From contig CAWJKV010000005.1 of the NCBI GenBank assembly GCA_963843555.1, positions 192,001 through 256,000 on the forward strand: a stretch of 64,000 nucleotides of DNA, read 5' to 3'. The position numbers and the translations under genes are program-made. Positions 30,418 through 40,679 of the stretch are shown here, in pieces. This DNA is from an uncultured Methanosarcinales archaeon (lineage in GTDB: Archaea > Halobacteriota > Methanosarcinia > Methanotrichales > Methanotrichaceae). Below the pieces are notes generated by a model, which was given only the letters and a program-made list of their open reading frames with translations, was not told the origin of the DNA and ran no database searches. Each line of letters opens with the position of its first letter. Within the stretch, counting starts at the first letter, position 1.

Positions 30418-31337
30418 TGTCCCGCCCCGGTATAAGCAATAAACACGTCTTCTAACGTAGGCGATATTGTAGCTAAACTTAAAATCTCAACATCTTTCGA
30501 TCTCGTATAATCAACTAGCGTAGAGATGGATCTGGCAGGATCTTGTGCATATAACCTGAACTTGTCTCCCATCTTCTCGACGGATTCTATTCCCTGGAGC
30601 GCTAAAAGATCGCTCTTGGGCACATCTTTGTTAAAAGATACCTCAACGGAGTGCAGGCTTTCGATACGTCTCTTCAGCACTTCGGGCCTGTCGATAGCCA
30701 CGATCTTACCATGATTGATTATGGCGATCCTGCTGCAGAGTTGATTTGCCTCTTCCATATTGTGGGTCGTCAGGAGAAATGTAACTCCGCTGGCATTTAG
30801 ATCGGCAACTATGCTTCGAATCAAGCGGGAACTCTGCACGTCCAGTCCGGATGTCGGTTCATCCATGATCAATACCTGTGGTTCGCTTATCAAGGCCATG
30901 CATATCTGAAGACGCTGTTTCATTCCTTTGGAAAAGCCTTTCACGGCAGCTGCTCTCTTCTCATAGAGGTCGAACCTCTTCAGCAGATCCTCCGCTCTAC
31001 TCTGTCTCTTCATCTTCTCTAGGCCGTAAAGCTTGCCCATGAGCATCAAGTTCTGCCAGGCCGAGAGATCGATGTAGGCATTGGATGTTTCAGGAAGAAC
31101 TCCAGTCACCTGTTTTGCCTTTAAGCCATCCTTATCAACATCATGGCCCATTATGCTGGCCTTACCGGCATCGGGTTTGATCAGACCTGTGATCATCCGC
31201 GCAGTGGTAGTCTTGCCGGCTCCATTGGGGCCCAGGAAGCCGAATAATTCACCCCGTTCCACTGTGAAGTTTATATGATCCACGGCGGTAAAATCGCCGA
31301 ATCGCTTGGTCAGGTCTTCAACAACAATTGCATTCAT
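30414..31337 (-). CDS. ABC transporter ATP-binding protein (DrrA-like)
   Basis: GPNGAGKTT, FSKGMKQR, MDEPTSGLD and TTHNMEEA motifs. Confidence 0.94.
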   Translation of the reverse strand: MNAIVVEDLTKRFGDFTAVDHINFTVERGELFGFLGPNGAGKTTTARMITGLIKPDAGKASIMGHDVDKDGLKAKQVTGVLPETSNAYIDLSAWQNLMLMGKLYGLEKMKRQSRAEDLLKRFDLYEKRAAAVKGFSKGMKQRLQICMALISEPQVLIMDEPTSGLDVQSSRLIRSIVADLNASGVTFLLTTHNMEEANQLCSRIAIINHGKIVAIDRPEVLKRRIESLHSVEVSFNKDVPKSDLLALQGIESVEKMGDKFRLYAQDPARSISTLVDYTRSKDVEILSLATISPTLEDVFIAYTGAGQ

Positions 31338-31636
31338 GGCCGCCCTCATCCAGGTCCCAATGGACAGATACCATTTCTAGGATTCTCTCGATCTCTTTCA
31401 ATTCTTCTTCGACCCCATCCAGTTCGCGCTTAAGCGATTCCCTGTGAGCTCTAGCCTCTCTATCCGTTCCTGCTTGCTCAATGATGAGGGCGTAATCAAA
31501 GAGTGCTTTTTCTTCCTGATGCCCGCCAGAGACTATATGGACCGAACACCGCAATTTACAGGGCTGGGCGAGCAAGAATAGGTGCCTCTTTGATTCGATG
31601 ACTAAATTGCGACATCATTCAAATATTCTTTTCGCC

Positions 31637-31980
31637 TCACTTGCTCCGTAGGTCCTGCAGGGTCTTTTTCACTATATCCGCGTGCCCTTCCACCCTGACC
31701 TTCCGCCAGACGCGGGCAATCCGCCTTTGGGGATCAATGAGGAAGATGGATCTCACCACGCCATAGCTCTCTTTGCCGTACATCTTCTTCAGGGCCCAGG
31801 CACCGTAAGCTTCTGTGACCTTATGGTCCTGGTCGCTGAGCAGCACCACCTGCAGGCTGTGCTTTTCGGCAAACTTCCTGTGGCTGGCTGGCGAATCGCG
31901 GCTGATTCCCACCACTTCTGCTCCCAATTCATGCAGCTCTGACAGGGCGGCGGTGAAGTCCACGGCTTCGCGAGTGGCTG
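31637..31980 (-). pseudogene. bcp: Peroxiredoxin Bcp, N-terminus with the peroxidatic Cys missing
   Basis: TREAVDF, GISRDS..SH.KF, LLSD and YGVVRS.FLID motifs; the upstream YFYP...C segment is absent. Confidence 0.75.
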
Positions 31981-32525
31981 CAAGATGACATCATGTGCCC
32001 GGATTGAGGATGCGCATAAGCCTTATGGACACAGTACGGCCCCGCATCTCCCCGCCGGGCCGGACAGGCCAGGCGTCTTGCCGCAACATACCTTCTGAAC
32101 ACGCTGGCCTTGCCGCCTCTGGCAGGCTAGTACGCTCCCGGGGTGGAGCTCCCCTCTTATAAGGCATTGTTTGGCGATGGCACCGATGATCTCTATTCTC
32201 TTGAACAACACCATCGTAGCACGCAGGAGCCTCCGCCTCTGGCAGGCTCGACCTCCAGGACCAGAGCTCCTCTTCTCGGCCTGCTCCTGGGCCTCAGTCT
32301 GGGCTTCGAGCTGCTCAATAGCGAGATCGATCCCGGCCCTCTGTTGCCCGGAATGCTTCCAGCTGCTGTCTGAGGACATCGGAGTTCATGCTGTCTTATG
32401 TGTGCTTTCTGGCAGATCAAGATGACTGTGGCACATAGGAAATTGTGTTGTTGATGATCTCGATAATCTTCTTTCTCTTGAAACAGGATCACATTTATAT
32501 ACATATTTGATCTAATTTAAAGAGA

Positions 32526-33405
32526 ATGCCTTTTAGCCAGAACGACATCCGAGCGCTCGTCCTCATCGCCGGAGCAGAGCGAGCCCTGCATCCAGCGGAC
32601 CTCTCCCTGGCCCTGAACCTTCGCCCAGAAACCCTCTCTCGAATAGTCACCAGCCTTGTAAATAAGGGCCTGTTGGAGCGAAAAGATAGAGAGATCGCTC
32701 TGGCCAGGACTCCTGCCGCAGAGGCCTTCAAAAGGCTCTACTTCGCCCACCGGGCCTCTCCCTTCTCGCTACTGTTTGCAGACAGACGAATTGATCTGCT
32801 CTCCCGAATAAAGAGCGAACAGAAGAGCGTCCAGGTGCTTGAGGAAGAGACAGCCATCCCGAAAAAGACGATCTACCGCTATTTAAAAAGCCTCCTACGC
32901 CTGGGCGCAGTGAAGCGCACCAAAAAGGACAGGGCCTATCTCTACTCCTTGAACTAAAATCCTCTGGTCGGAGATCGAGGACTTCGTGACTGCCCTCCTG
33001 GAATACCAGGCCCTGCGTCTCGTGCCCAGATGAGGCACTGCTCATCAAGAGCTACAGGGACAGCGTGCTCTTCAAGAGCATACGCCCGCAGGACGCCACA
33101 CTTACCTCCTTTTCCGCCTACGGGGATTACGGAATCGAGCTGGGCCTGCGGGATAATTACTACACCCTGCCCAAGAGGGAGCTGTCCATCCGGGAGGTAT
33201 TCATCCACTCCCTGGACTCGGCAGGGAGTTCTCCCAGAAGCTTTTTTGCATACTGTTCTATCTGAAGAACAAAGATAAATTGGTGGACATCGATCATCCC
33301 ATGATGAAGGATCTGAAAGCAGTGCTGCAGGGCGAGAGGATCAGAGGCTATCCAACCCTGGAGGACATCGAGGACAGGACTGATCTCTATGATATCAAGC
33401 TCTAA
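32526..33405 (+). CDS. Tandem wHTH protein (putative antitoxin/regulator), several frameshifts
   Basis: Two HTH segments in 32526..32957, continuing across indels to ...GYPTLEDIEDRTDLYDIKL*. Confidence 0.65.
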
Positions 33406-34094
33406 CCAGATCTCCAGGCGAGAGGAGATAAACGAGCTGTTCGAGCAGCTCGGCAAGGTTCTGGAGCAGAGGGTCGAGGCCCTGCTTATAGGCGGAGCCG
33501 CGATGCTGGAGCTGGGTCTCAAGGACTCCACCAAAGATATCGATGTCGTCTGCAGGAGCGAGGAAGACAAAGAGAAGCTGCTTGACTCGGCCAGAGCCCT
33601 GGGCTTCCAGATCGTAGGCCCGCAGAAGAGGCATGAGCGGCTTGGCGTCAACAGGCTGGCCGTGAAGGGCGGGCGCAATCTGGACATCTTTGCCGGGCGG
33701 ATCTCCTACGACTTCGAGCCTCTCCGAGGCCATGTGGCATAGAGCAACCAGAACCAGGTCCTTCGGCAGCCTGACGATCAGGGATGCCTCCCTGGAGGAC
33801 ATCTTCGTCATGAAGCTGATCGCCAACCGGCCGGGAGACGCTCCGGACTGCTCCAATCTTGTCTCTGCAGTACTGGACTTCGATGCGGTCTTTCGAGAGA
33901 TAGAGGCTCAGTACCGCAAGGCTGGTGAATTGGAGCAGAAGATCTGGATCACCTATATCGAAGAGGGCATAGGCCGGCTGGAAGACGAATTCAGCGCGAG
34001 TGTACCTATAGGCGACAGGATATCTGCGCTGGCGAACGAGTATCGAGAGAGTCTGTATCAGAAGCTGAAAACTGGTGAGCCGGTGGACTCATGA
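33389..34094 (+). CDS. DUF6036-like nucleotidyltransferase (AbiEii-like), frameshifted near 33717
   Basis: LIGGAAM...TKDIDV, then EDIFVMKL...R..D in the next frame. Confidence 0.75.
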
Positions 34095-34276
34095 CCGAGC
34101 AAAATCGTAAGTACGTAACTAAGGAGATCGGCAAGCTTCTATCCGATATCTGGCGAATAAAGGGGCTGGCAGAACAGGAGTATGGACCGCAGCACCCGAT
34201 CACCAAGAAGCTCGCCAGCATGCATGCCGATGCTCAGGAATTGCTGCAGGAAAAATCTGGAGCGCGTAATCGATAG
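34091..34276 (+). CDS. Small helical hypothetical protein
   Basis: ATGA overlap with the upstream stop codon; 61 aa. Confidence 0.6.
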   Translation: MTEQNRKYVTKEIGKLLSDIWRIKGLAEQEYGPQHPITKKLASMHADAQELLQEKSGARNR

Positions 34277-35171
34277 ATCCATAAAGTTGGCCCTCGTGCT
34301 CTCCATCACATCCGCCTGCGGCACGATCAGACAGAATCTTCTATCGCTTCCAGCACCTTCTTCGCAGCCGAGCACCTCTCCGCCCGGGAGACATCTGCTG
34401 CCATCTGCTCCAGGTACTTGACATTGATATGGCCCATTTTGAACCGGGTAACCAGGATGCCGGTCATGATGGCATCATTTTTCTTTTCAACCGCAAACTA
34501 CAAGTATCTATAACGATTATATACATAGTTTGCCGCTTCATGAAAAGGGTGGCGGGTGTGTCGTGGGCACAACCCGATTCCGATAATGCTCTGTTTGGCA
34601 AGGATGATTCGAGCGCAGTCCCTCATAGGGGCGCTTGCGGTCGCTTACAGATCAGATCGCTTTCCTTGTTCCAGGAGATGCATGCCGTCGTGGCAATGCA
34701 TTCGGGCTTGGGAGCCTGTGAGACTGAATCTCGGCAGCAAAAAAAGTTGCGCACTGTAACAGGTGCAGTAATCTGTCGAAAGGATTTCGCGCTAATACAC
34801 GACCGGGGCATGAAGCGGCACAAAGCCAAAGGCGAGAGGCGAGCATGAGGGCCCAGTGAGTTCGGGTTCCGGTAATTCGGACGCTGTGTCAATTCCAGCG
34901 CGATTGAAGCCTCAAGCCCGGCTTAAGTATCGTCGAGTTCCGGGCAGGGTCAGGCTATCACTTCTGTGATCGGCTCCTCCTAGAAGGGCGCTGTGGATCA
35001 GTGCTGGCCCGCCTGAGAATCGATTTATGCTGTATAGCATATCAGGGAAAGTCGATAGACTATTTTCTCCCTCTTTATGATCGAAAATATTATGATCAAG
35101 TCAACAGATCAATTTAATGTACCGCAATATCTCAATATAGATATCCGGCCTAATGGCAAGGGAGAAATATC

Positions 35172-36197
35172 ATGAATTTACGAGCAATCTTGATGTGCCT
35201 GCTCATCCAGGTTATTTTATCGAATCCAGTTTATTCTCAAATTCTCCATGCGGAGATGAATGGAGATGACGGAATTTTTCAGTTGACTGACAACGACTCT
35301 AATCTGTCATCTAATGATACCAAATCTATTACACCGTTAATTGCAAAGATCAATCAATCTGTTCTTGGTGAAATTAGGATAGAACCAAATAAAACTCCGT
35401 ACACACGCATCTCTAATTATTCTGTTAAAATTCCTCCAAATGGCGATCCAGCGGACATATATTATCCTGATCAATCAGATACTGAAAAGAAAATTAATAA
35501 ATTTCCCTTTGCGCTTCTCTTGCAGGGTGCCAATGTTGATAAATCCTTCTATTCAGGTTTTGCACGAGAGGTCGCTGGTTTTGGATTTATTGTTGTTGTT
35601 CCCAATCACAAATCCACAATGATCATAACTACAGGGCTATATGCAGAGGAAGATGAGGTCAATGATGTCTTGACATTTATGGAATCCGAGAATACAAGAG
35701 CTAGTTCGCCGCTAAATCAAAAAATTGATACAAACACCATGGTCCTCCTTGGACACTCGTATGGTGGAGCGGCTTCCCTTTATGCAATTCAGGGCAGCTG
35801 TCAGTTTCCCTTCTGCATTGGATTTGGCTATAACAGACCGGATGCTCTTAAAGGTGGCGCTTTTTATGGGACGAACTTGAAAGGGCCAATAGGTCCAATA
35901 CCTTTACTGGACAATCATGGATTAGCAATATGCCTGATCCAAGGCAGCAGGGATGAATTAGCAACCCCCGCGGAAACTGAAGAGACTTATAATAATATAA
36001 AAGATCATCCTAAGGCTTATGTCACTATACAGGGTGCAAACCACTATGGCATAACAGATGTGAACAATCCAACCGGTGCAAAACCGGATAAAAATATCCC
36101 ATTGATCTCCCAGCAAGAGTCTGTCGAAAGGATAGGTAAAGAGGCGGCATTGTTTTTGCGCCATTTTTGCCTTGGCGATAATAGTAGCCTGGACTGA
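35172..36197 (+). CDS. Secreted alpha/beta hydrolase (chlorophyllase/cutinase-like)
   Basis: Signal-like N-terminus, DIYYP, GFIVVVP, GHSYGG nucleophile elbow, GSRD and GANH; AT-rich. Confidence 0.8.
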   Translation: MNLRAILMCLLIQVILSNPVYSQILHAEMNGDDGIFQLTDNDSNLSSNDTKSITPLIAKINQSVLGEIRIEPNKTPYTRISNYSVKIPPNGDPADIYYPDQSDTEKKINKFPFALLLQGANVDKSFYSGFAREVAGFGFIVVVPNHKSTMIITTGLYAEEDEVNDVLTFMESENTRASSPLNQKIDTNTMVLLGHSYGGAASLYAIQGSCQFPFCIGFGYNRPDALKGGAFYGTNLKGPIGPIPLLDNHGLAICLIQGSRDELATPAETEETYNNIKDHPKAYVTIQGANHYGITDVNNPTGAKPDKNIPLISQQESVERIGKEAALFLRHFCLGDNSSLD

Positions 36198-36403
36198 ACT
36201 TACTACTAGCCCCAGCTCTTTTGCCTTGGCAAATGCAGAATCTGCTTAGGGAGTCCTTCCGACCTGGATAGTGATACTCTTAAATAAAAATAAATTTATG
36301 CATGATTATTTATAGCAATATTTGGAGAAAGGACAACCTTTATATGATAATATTGGTAATCTGCCAATAATATGGAGAAAATCCAGGAGAATACGAGATA
36401 AAT

Positions 36404-36862
36404 ATGGGCAATAGCTTGGACCTCGATGAAGTGGATAGGACCATTCTTCGCAGCCTCCGGCAGAACGCACGCATGAGCCTGCAGGAGATGTCGCGAAAAT
36501 CAGGAATCTCCGACGCGACACTTCAATTCCGGCTGAAACGCATGAAGGCCAATGGGGTCATTGAGCAGTTCACCATCACCGCCAATCCGGCAGCGACAGG
36601 TTACACTGTAACTGCCATTATGCTGGTGCAGACGGATGCAGAGAGGCACGACAATGCAATACGGGCTCTCGCGAAGATACCTGAGATAACCGAGGTCTAT
36701 GGTGTGCTGGGCGAGTACGATCTCTTCGTCAAGGTCTGGTCCCGGAGCCTTGAGGAGCTAAATAGCACCATCAACGATCAAATCCGGTCGATAGATGGCA
36801 TTGAAGACCTCCTCGAGATCGTAGTTGTGGAGCGAGTTAAAGAAGAAACTCCTCCGATCTAG
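36404..36862 (+). CDS. Lrp/AsnC family transcriptional regulator
   Basis: LDEVDRTIL..L..NAR HTH and GEYDL motifs. Confidence 0.92.
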   Translation: MGNSLDLDEVDRTILRSLRQNARMSLQEMSRKSGISDATLQFRLKRMKANGVIEQFTITANPAATGYTVTAIMLVQTDAERHDNAIRALAKIPEITEVYGVLGEYDLFVKVWSRSLEELNSTINDQIRSIDGIEDLLEIVVVERVKEETPPI

Positions 36863-36885
36863 AAGTTAAAGTTTAGAGGTCATGG

Positions 36886-38245
36886 ATGCGTCCATTCAAG
36901 AACATCACTGAGAAGATCAAGGCGCCGGGCCCTTTATGGGTCAAAGGAGCTTCTGCAAACGGCACAAATAGCGTAAGCTTCTTCAGCCAGTTGCAGGGCA
37001 AGAAGATCGTGGATAAAGAAGGTAATGCTGTGGGAAAGCTCACCGACCTGTCTCTGATGCCGGGTGAGATGCTGCTGGAGATCTCTCGCATAGTCTATAC
37101 CTCCAACATCCTGGGCGAAAAGGTCATATTGCCCATTGTCCAGCGTAAGCTCCATCAATGACGATATCCGGCTGGATCTGGCCAGAGACGAGATACCACC
37201 GGGAAAGCTCTCCCTGCAGGAGCTCCTGATAACAGAGACCATTTTAGATCGTCAGATCGTGGATATTGACGGCCTGAAAGTGGTGCGGGTCAATGACGTT
37301 CTTCTGGCCCAGGTAAAGAGGTCTCTCAGCGTGGTGGCAGTGGACGTCGGCTTTAAGGGAATACTGAGAAGGTTAGGGTTTTCCGGGCTATCTCATCACC
37401 TATTGGATCGGCTACCCAATCAGATTATACCCTGGTCTTACATCGATCCACTTGACCCCAGTCTAAGAAGCCTTCATCTCAAGATCTCAAGAAAGACCAT
37501 CAATGATCTGCATCCTGCCGATATCGCCGACATTCTCGAAGACCTGAACAACAAAGATCGGCTTCTCATCCTCGATTCCCTGGGCGACGAGACGGCAGCC
37601 GAGACAATGGAAGAGATGGATCCAGAGGTTCAGGCAACTATGGTGAAGCAGATGGAAAGCGATGATGTGGCAGACATACTGGAGAATATGAATCCTGATG
37701 ATGCCGCGGACCTGCTGGGAATAATGCCGGAGAAGAAAGCCTCTGAGGTTCTTAACCTCATGGATGAAGAAGAGGCAAAGGAAGTCCAGGAGTTGATGAG
37801 GTACAGTGATCGGTCTGCCGGAAGCCTCATGACCACAGAATATATCGCTATTCTCGGGCACTGCAGTGTATCTGACATCTTTTCTAAACTTCGGAGGTTA
37901 GGGCAGGAGATAGATATGATCTACTACATCTATGTCCAAAATGATGAGGGCCAGATCCTGGGTGTCATGTCCCTGCGCGATCTTCTTCTGGCCGATCCCG
38001 TACAACTGGCATCAGATGTCATGAAGAAAGAGGTCTTGAGCGTCCTTCCCACTGCGACCATAGAAGAGGTCACAAACCTTTTGTCCAAATACGACTTCCT
38101 CTGCGTCCCGGTTGTGGATAATGACGGCAATATCCTGGGGATTGTGACCTTTGACGATGCCCTGGACGACATCATTCCGGAGGACATCAGGAAGAACATG
38201 CCCTGGAACTACCATAAACTGCGCCGGGTAAGAGGAATGGCCTGA
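36886..38245 (+). CDS. PRC-barrel/MgtE N-terminal/CBS-pair protein (no TM domain), frameshifted near 37136
   Basis: LDRQIVDIDG.KVVRVND, LHPADIADILE, DDAADLL, SAGSLMTT and GIVTFDD motifs. Confidence 0.85.
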
Positions 38246-39516
38246 TGGATTTCCATCCCCTGCAGGGACTGAATCTAAGAAGCAGAATGACCCAACTGGC
38301 GATCTTCTTCAGTGTTCTTGGGCCGGGAATAATCACCGCCAATGTGGACAACGATGCAGGCGGCATTACAACTTACAGCATCGCTGGGGCTATTTTCGGG
38401 TACTCTCTTTTGTGGACACTCATACCCATCACCGCTGCCCTCTTTGTAGTGCAGGAGATGTGCGCGCGAATGGGTGTGGTCACGGGCAAGGGTCTGGCTG
38501 ATCTCATCAGAGAATACTTTGGAGTCAGGCCGACAGTGATATTGCTCATAGGAATGATCATCGCCAATCTTGGTACCACTACAGCAGAGTTTGCCGGGGT
38601 CGCAGCAAGCATGGAGATCTTCGGCGTGAGCAAATATATCTCAGTTCCTATAGCCGCCGCCCTGGTCTGGTTGATTGTTGTCAGAGGCAACCGTCGCTTC
38701 CTGGAGAAGATATTTCTTATCGCCAGTTCCATTTTTATTACCTATATCATCTCCGGAGTAATGCTAAAACCGGACTGGAAGTTTATTCTCACTCAAACGG
38801 CAACTCCGAGCGTGAGCCTGGAATCCGGATATCTTTATATGGTGATAGCACTTGTGGGAACGACTATCACCCCCTGGATGCAATTCTACCTGCAATCCAC
38901 CATTGTGGAAAAAGGAATTAAATTATCTGAATATAAATATACGAAATGGGATGTCTATGTCGGATGCATAATCACCGGCCTGGTTTCCTATTTTATAATA
39001 TTGACCTGTGCCTCGACCATCTTTGCCCAGGGCATAAGGATCGAGACGGCGAAAGATGCAGCTCTTGCACTCTTTCCCCTGGTGGGCAGCTACTCAGCCG
39101 GGCTCTTCGCCTTCGGCCTTCTCAATGCGTCTCTCTTTGCCGCCTCCATACTGCCCTTATCAACGGCCTATTTCATTTGTGAGGGGATGGGCTGGGATTC
39201 CGGATTGAATAAGAGATTCTGGGATGCACCCCAGTTCTACATATTCTACACTCTGCTCATCGCCGCCGGCGCCATTTTCATACTGATACCGGAGGTGCCA
39301 CTGTTAACGATAATGTTGCTGTCACAGGTGATAAATGGATCTCTTCTGCCATTGGTGCTGTTGTTCATGCTCATTCTGATCAATAACAAGAAGCTGATGG
39401 GAAAATACACCAATAGCAAATTCCTTAATATCATCGCCTGGTCCACCACCATCATCATGAGTATCTTAACTGCGTTGCTGGTGGTGACGACTCTGTTTCC
39501 AGGTCTGGGAAAATGA
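38245..39516 (+). CDS. Nramp-family divalent metal transporter (NRMT/Mg-type)
   Basis: GPGIITANVDNDAGGI, QEMCARMG and GTTITPW motifs. Confidence 0.9.
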   Translation: MDFHPLQGLNLRSRMTQLAIFFSVLGPGIITANVDNDAGGITTYSIAGAIFGYSLLWTLIPITAALFVVQEMCARMGVVTGKGLADLIREYFGVRPTVILLIGMIIANLGTTTAEFAGVAASMEIFGVSKYISVPIAAALVWLIVVRGNRRFLEKIFLIASSIFITYIISGVMLKPDWKFILTQTATPSVSLESGYLYMVIALVGTTITPWMQFYLQSTIVEKGIKLSEYKYTKWDVYVGCIITGLVSYFIILTCASTIFAQGIRIETAKDAALALFPLVGSYSAGLFAFGLLNASLFAASILPLSTAYFICEGMGWDSGLNKRFWDAPQFYIFYTLLIAAGAIFILIPEVPLLTIMLLSQVINGSLLPLVLLFMLILINNKKLMGKYTNSKFLNIIAWSTTIIMSILTALLVVTTLFPGLGK

Positions 39517-39572
39517 GGGCATAGGCCCGAAGAGGCATTTGGAAAAAATGTGAAAAAATCGGAGGAAATAGA

Positions 39573-40679
39573 TTGAAGCGATCCAGCAAAGAGGCACGTA
39601 CATCAGATCGCCCTAGCACTCACCATCATGGCACTGAGCTACTTGACACAATTCTGCCTCCTGGCAGCCAGGTGCCGCCGGATAAGACGAAGATCACAGT
39701 CATAGTCTATGACGAGACTCATTTTCATGAGACCGAGGCGAAATCGGTCGAAGAATGCTTTATATTTAAGGCCGATCCCTCTGTGACCTGGATAAACATA
39801 GACTGCCTGCGGCAGATGGATATTCTGGAAAAGCTCAGTAAATGTTATGGATTTCACCCCCTGGTTCTGGAAGATATACTGACCGATCAGCGTCCCAAGA
39901 TCGAAGACTACGACGACTATATCTTCATCGTGCTCAAGATGCTCTACTACGATGAAGAAGGGGATGACGTGCCCGACGACTCCAAGCTCGACATGGATCA
40001 GGTCAGCATAATCCTCGGCAAGAATTTTATAATCTCTTTCAAGGAGAAGGATGTCGATGTGTTCAATCCGCTCCGGGAGAGGCTCCGGACGGCCAAAGGA
40101 AAAATTCGAAAGCAAGGAGCCGATTATCTCGCTTATTCCATGATGGACTCAATTGTAGACCACTATTTCGTGATCATGGAGAAGCTGGGCGACCGCTTCG
40201 AGAAGCTGGAGGATGCAGTGGTGTCTAATCCAGAGCCCGGCATTCTTCCTACCATATACAATTTGAAAAGAGATATGCTGTACTTGCGAAAATCTGTCTG
40301 GCCACTGCGTGAAGCAATAAGCAAAATGCAGAGGACGGATTCGCCCCTGGTCTCAGAGGCTACAAAGATCTATTTGCGTGATGTTTATGACCATACCATC
40401 CAGGTGATTGAGAATATTGAGACCTTCCGGGATATGTCCTCCTCATTGCTGGAGACCTATCTCTCGAGCCTGAGCAATAGGCTCAACGAGGTGATTAAGC
40501 TATTGACCATCATCTCCACCATATTCATACCCCTCACTTTTCTGGCAGGGGTCTATGGAATGAATTTCAGGTATATGCCGGAGCTGGAGTCTATATGGGG
40601 CTATCCTGCGGTCCTTGTGCTGATGCTACTTGTTGTGGTCACCATGTTGACCTATTTTTGGCGAAAGAAATGGATTTAG
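39573..40679 (+). CDS. corA: Magnesium/cobalt transporter CorA
   Basis: HPLVLEDI, QRPKIE, YLRDVYDH and YGMNF.YMPEL motifs. Confidence 0.95.
   Translation: MKRSSKEARTSDRPSTHHHGTELLDTILPPGSQVPPDKTKITVIVYDETHFHETEAKSVEECFIFKADPSVTWINIDCLRQMDILEKLSKCYGFHPLVLEDILTDQRPKIEDYDDYIFIVLKMLYYDEEGDDVPDDSKLDMDQVSIILGKNFIISFKEKDVDVFNPLRERLRTAKGKIRKQGADYLAYSMMDSIVDHYFVIMEKLGDRFEKLEDAVVSNPEPGILPTIYNLKRDMLYLRKSVWPLREAISKMQRTDSPLVSEATKIYLRDVYDHTIQVIENIETFRDMSSSLLETYLSSLSNRLNEVIKLLTIISTIFIPLTFLAGVYGMNFRYMPELESIWGYPAVLVLMLLVVVTMLTYFWRKKWI

Noticed and set aside
7851..38245. Programmed frameshifting as the cause of split genes
   Set aside because: Indels are numerous, of both signs, in unrelated genes and without consistent slippery sites; consensus error is simpler.
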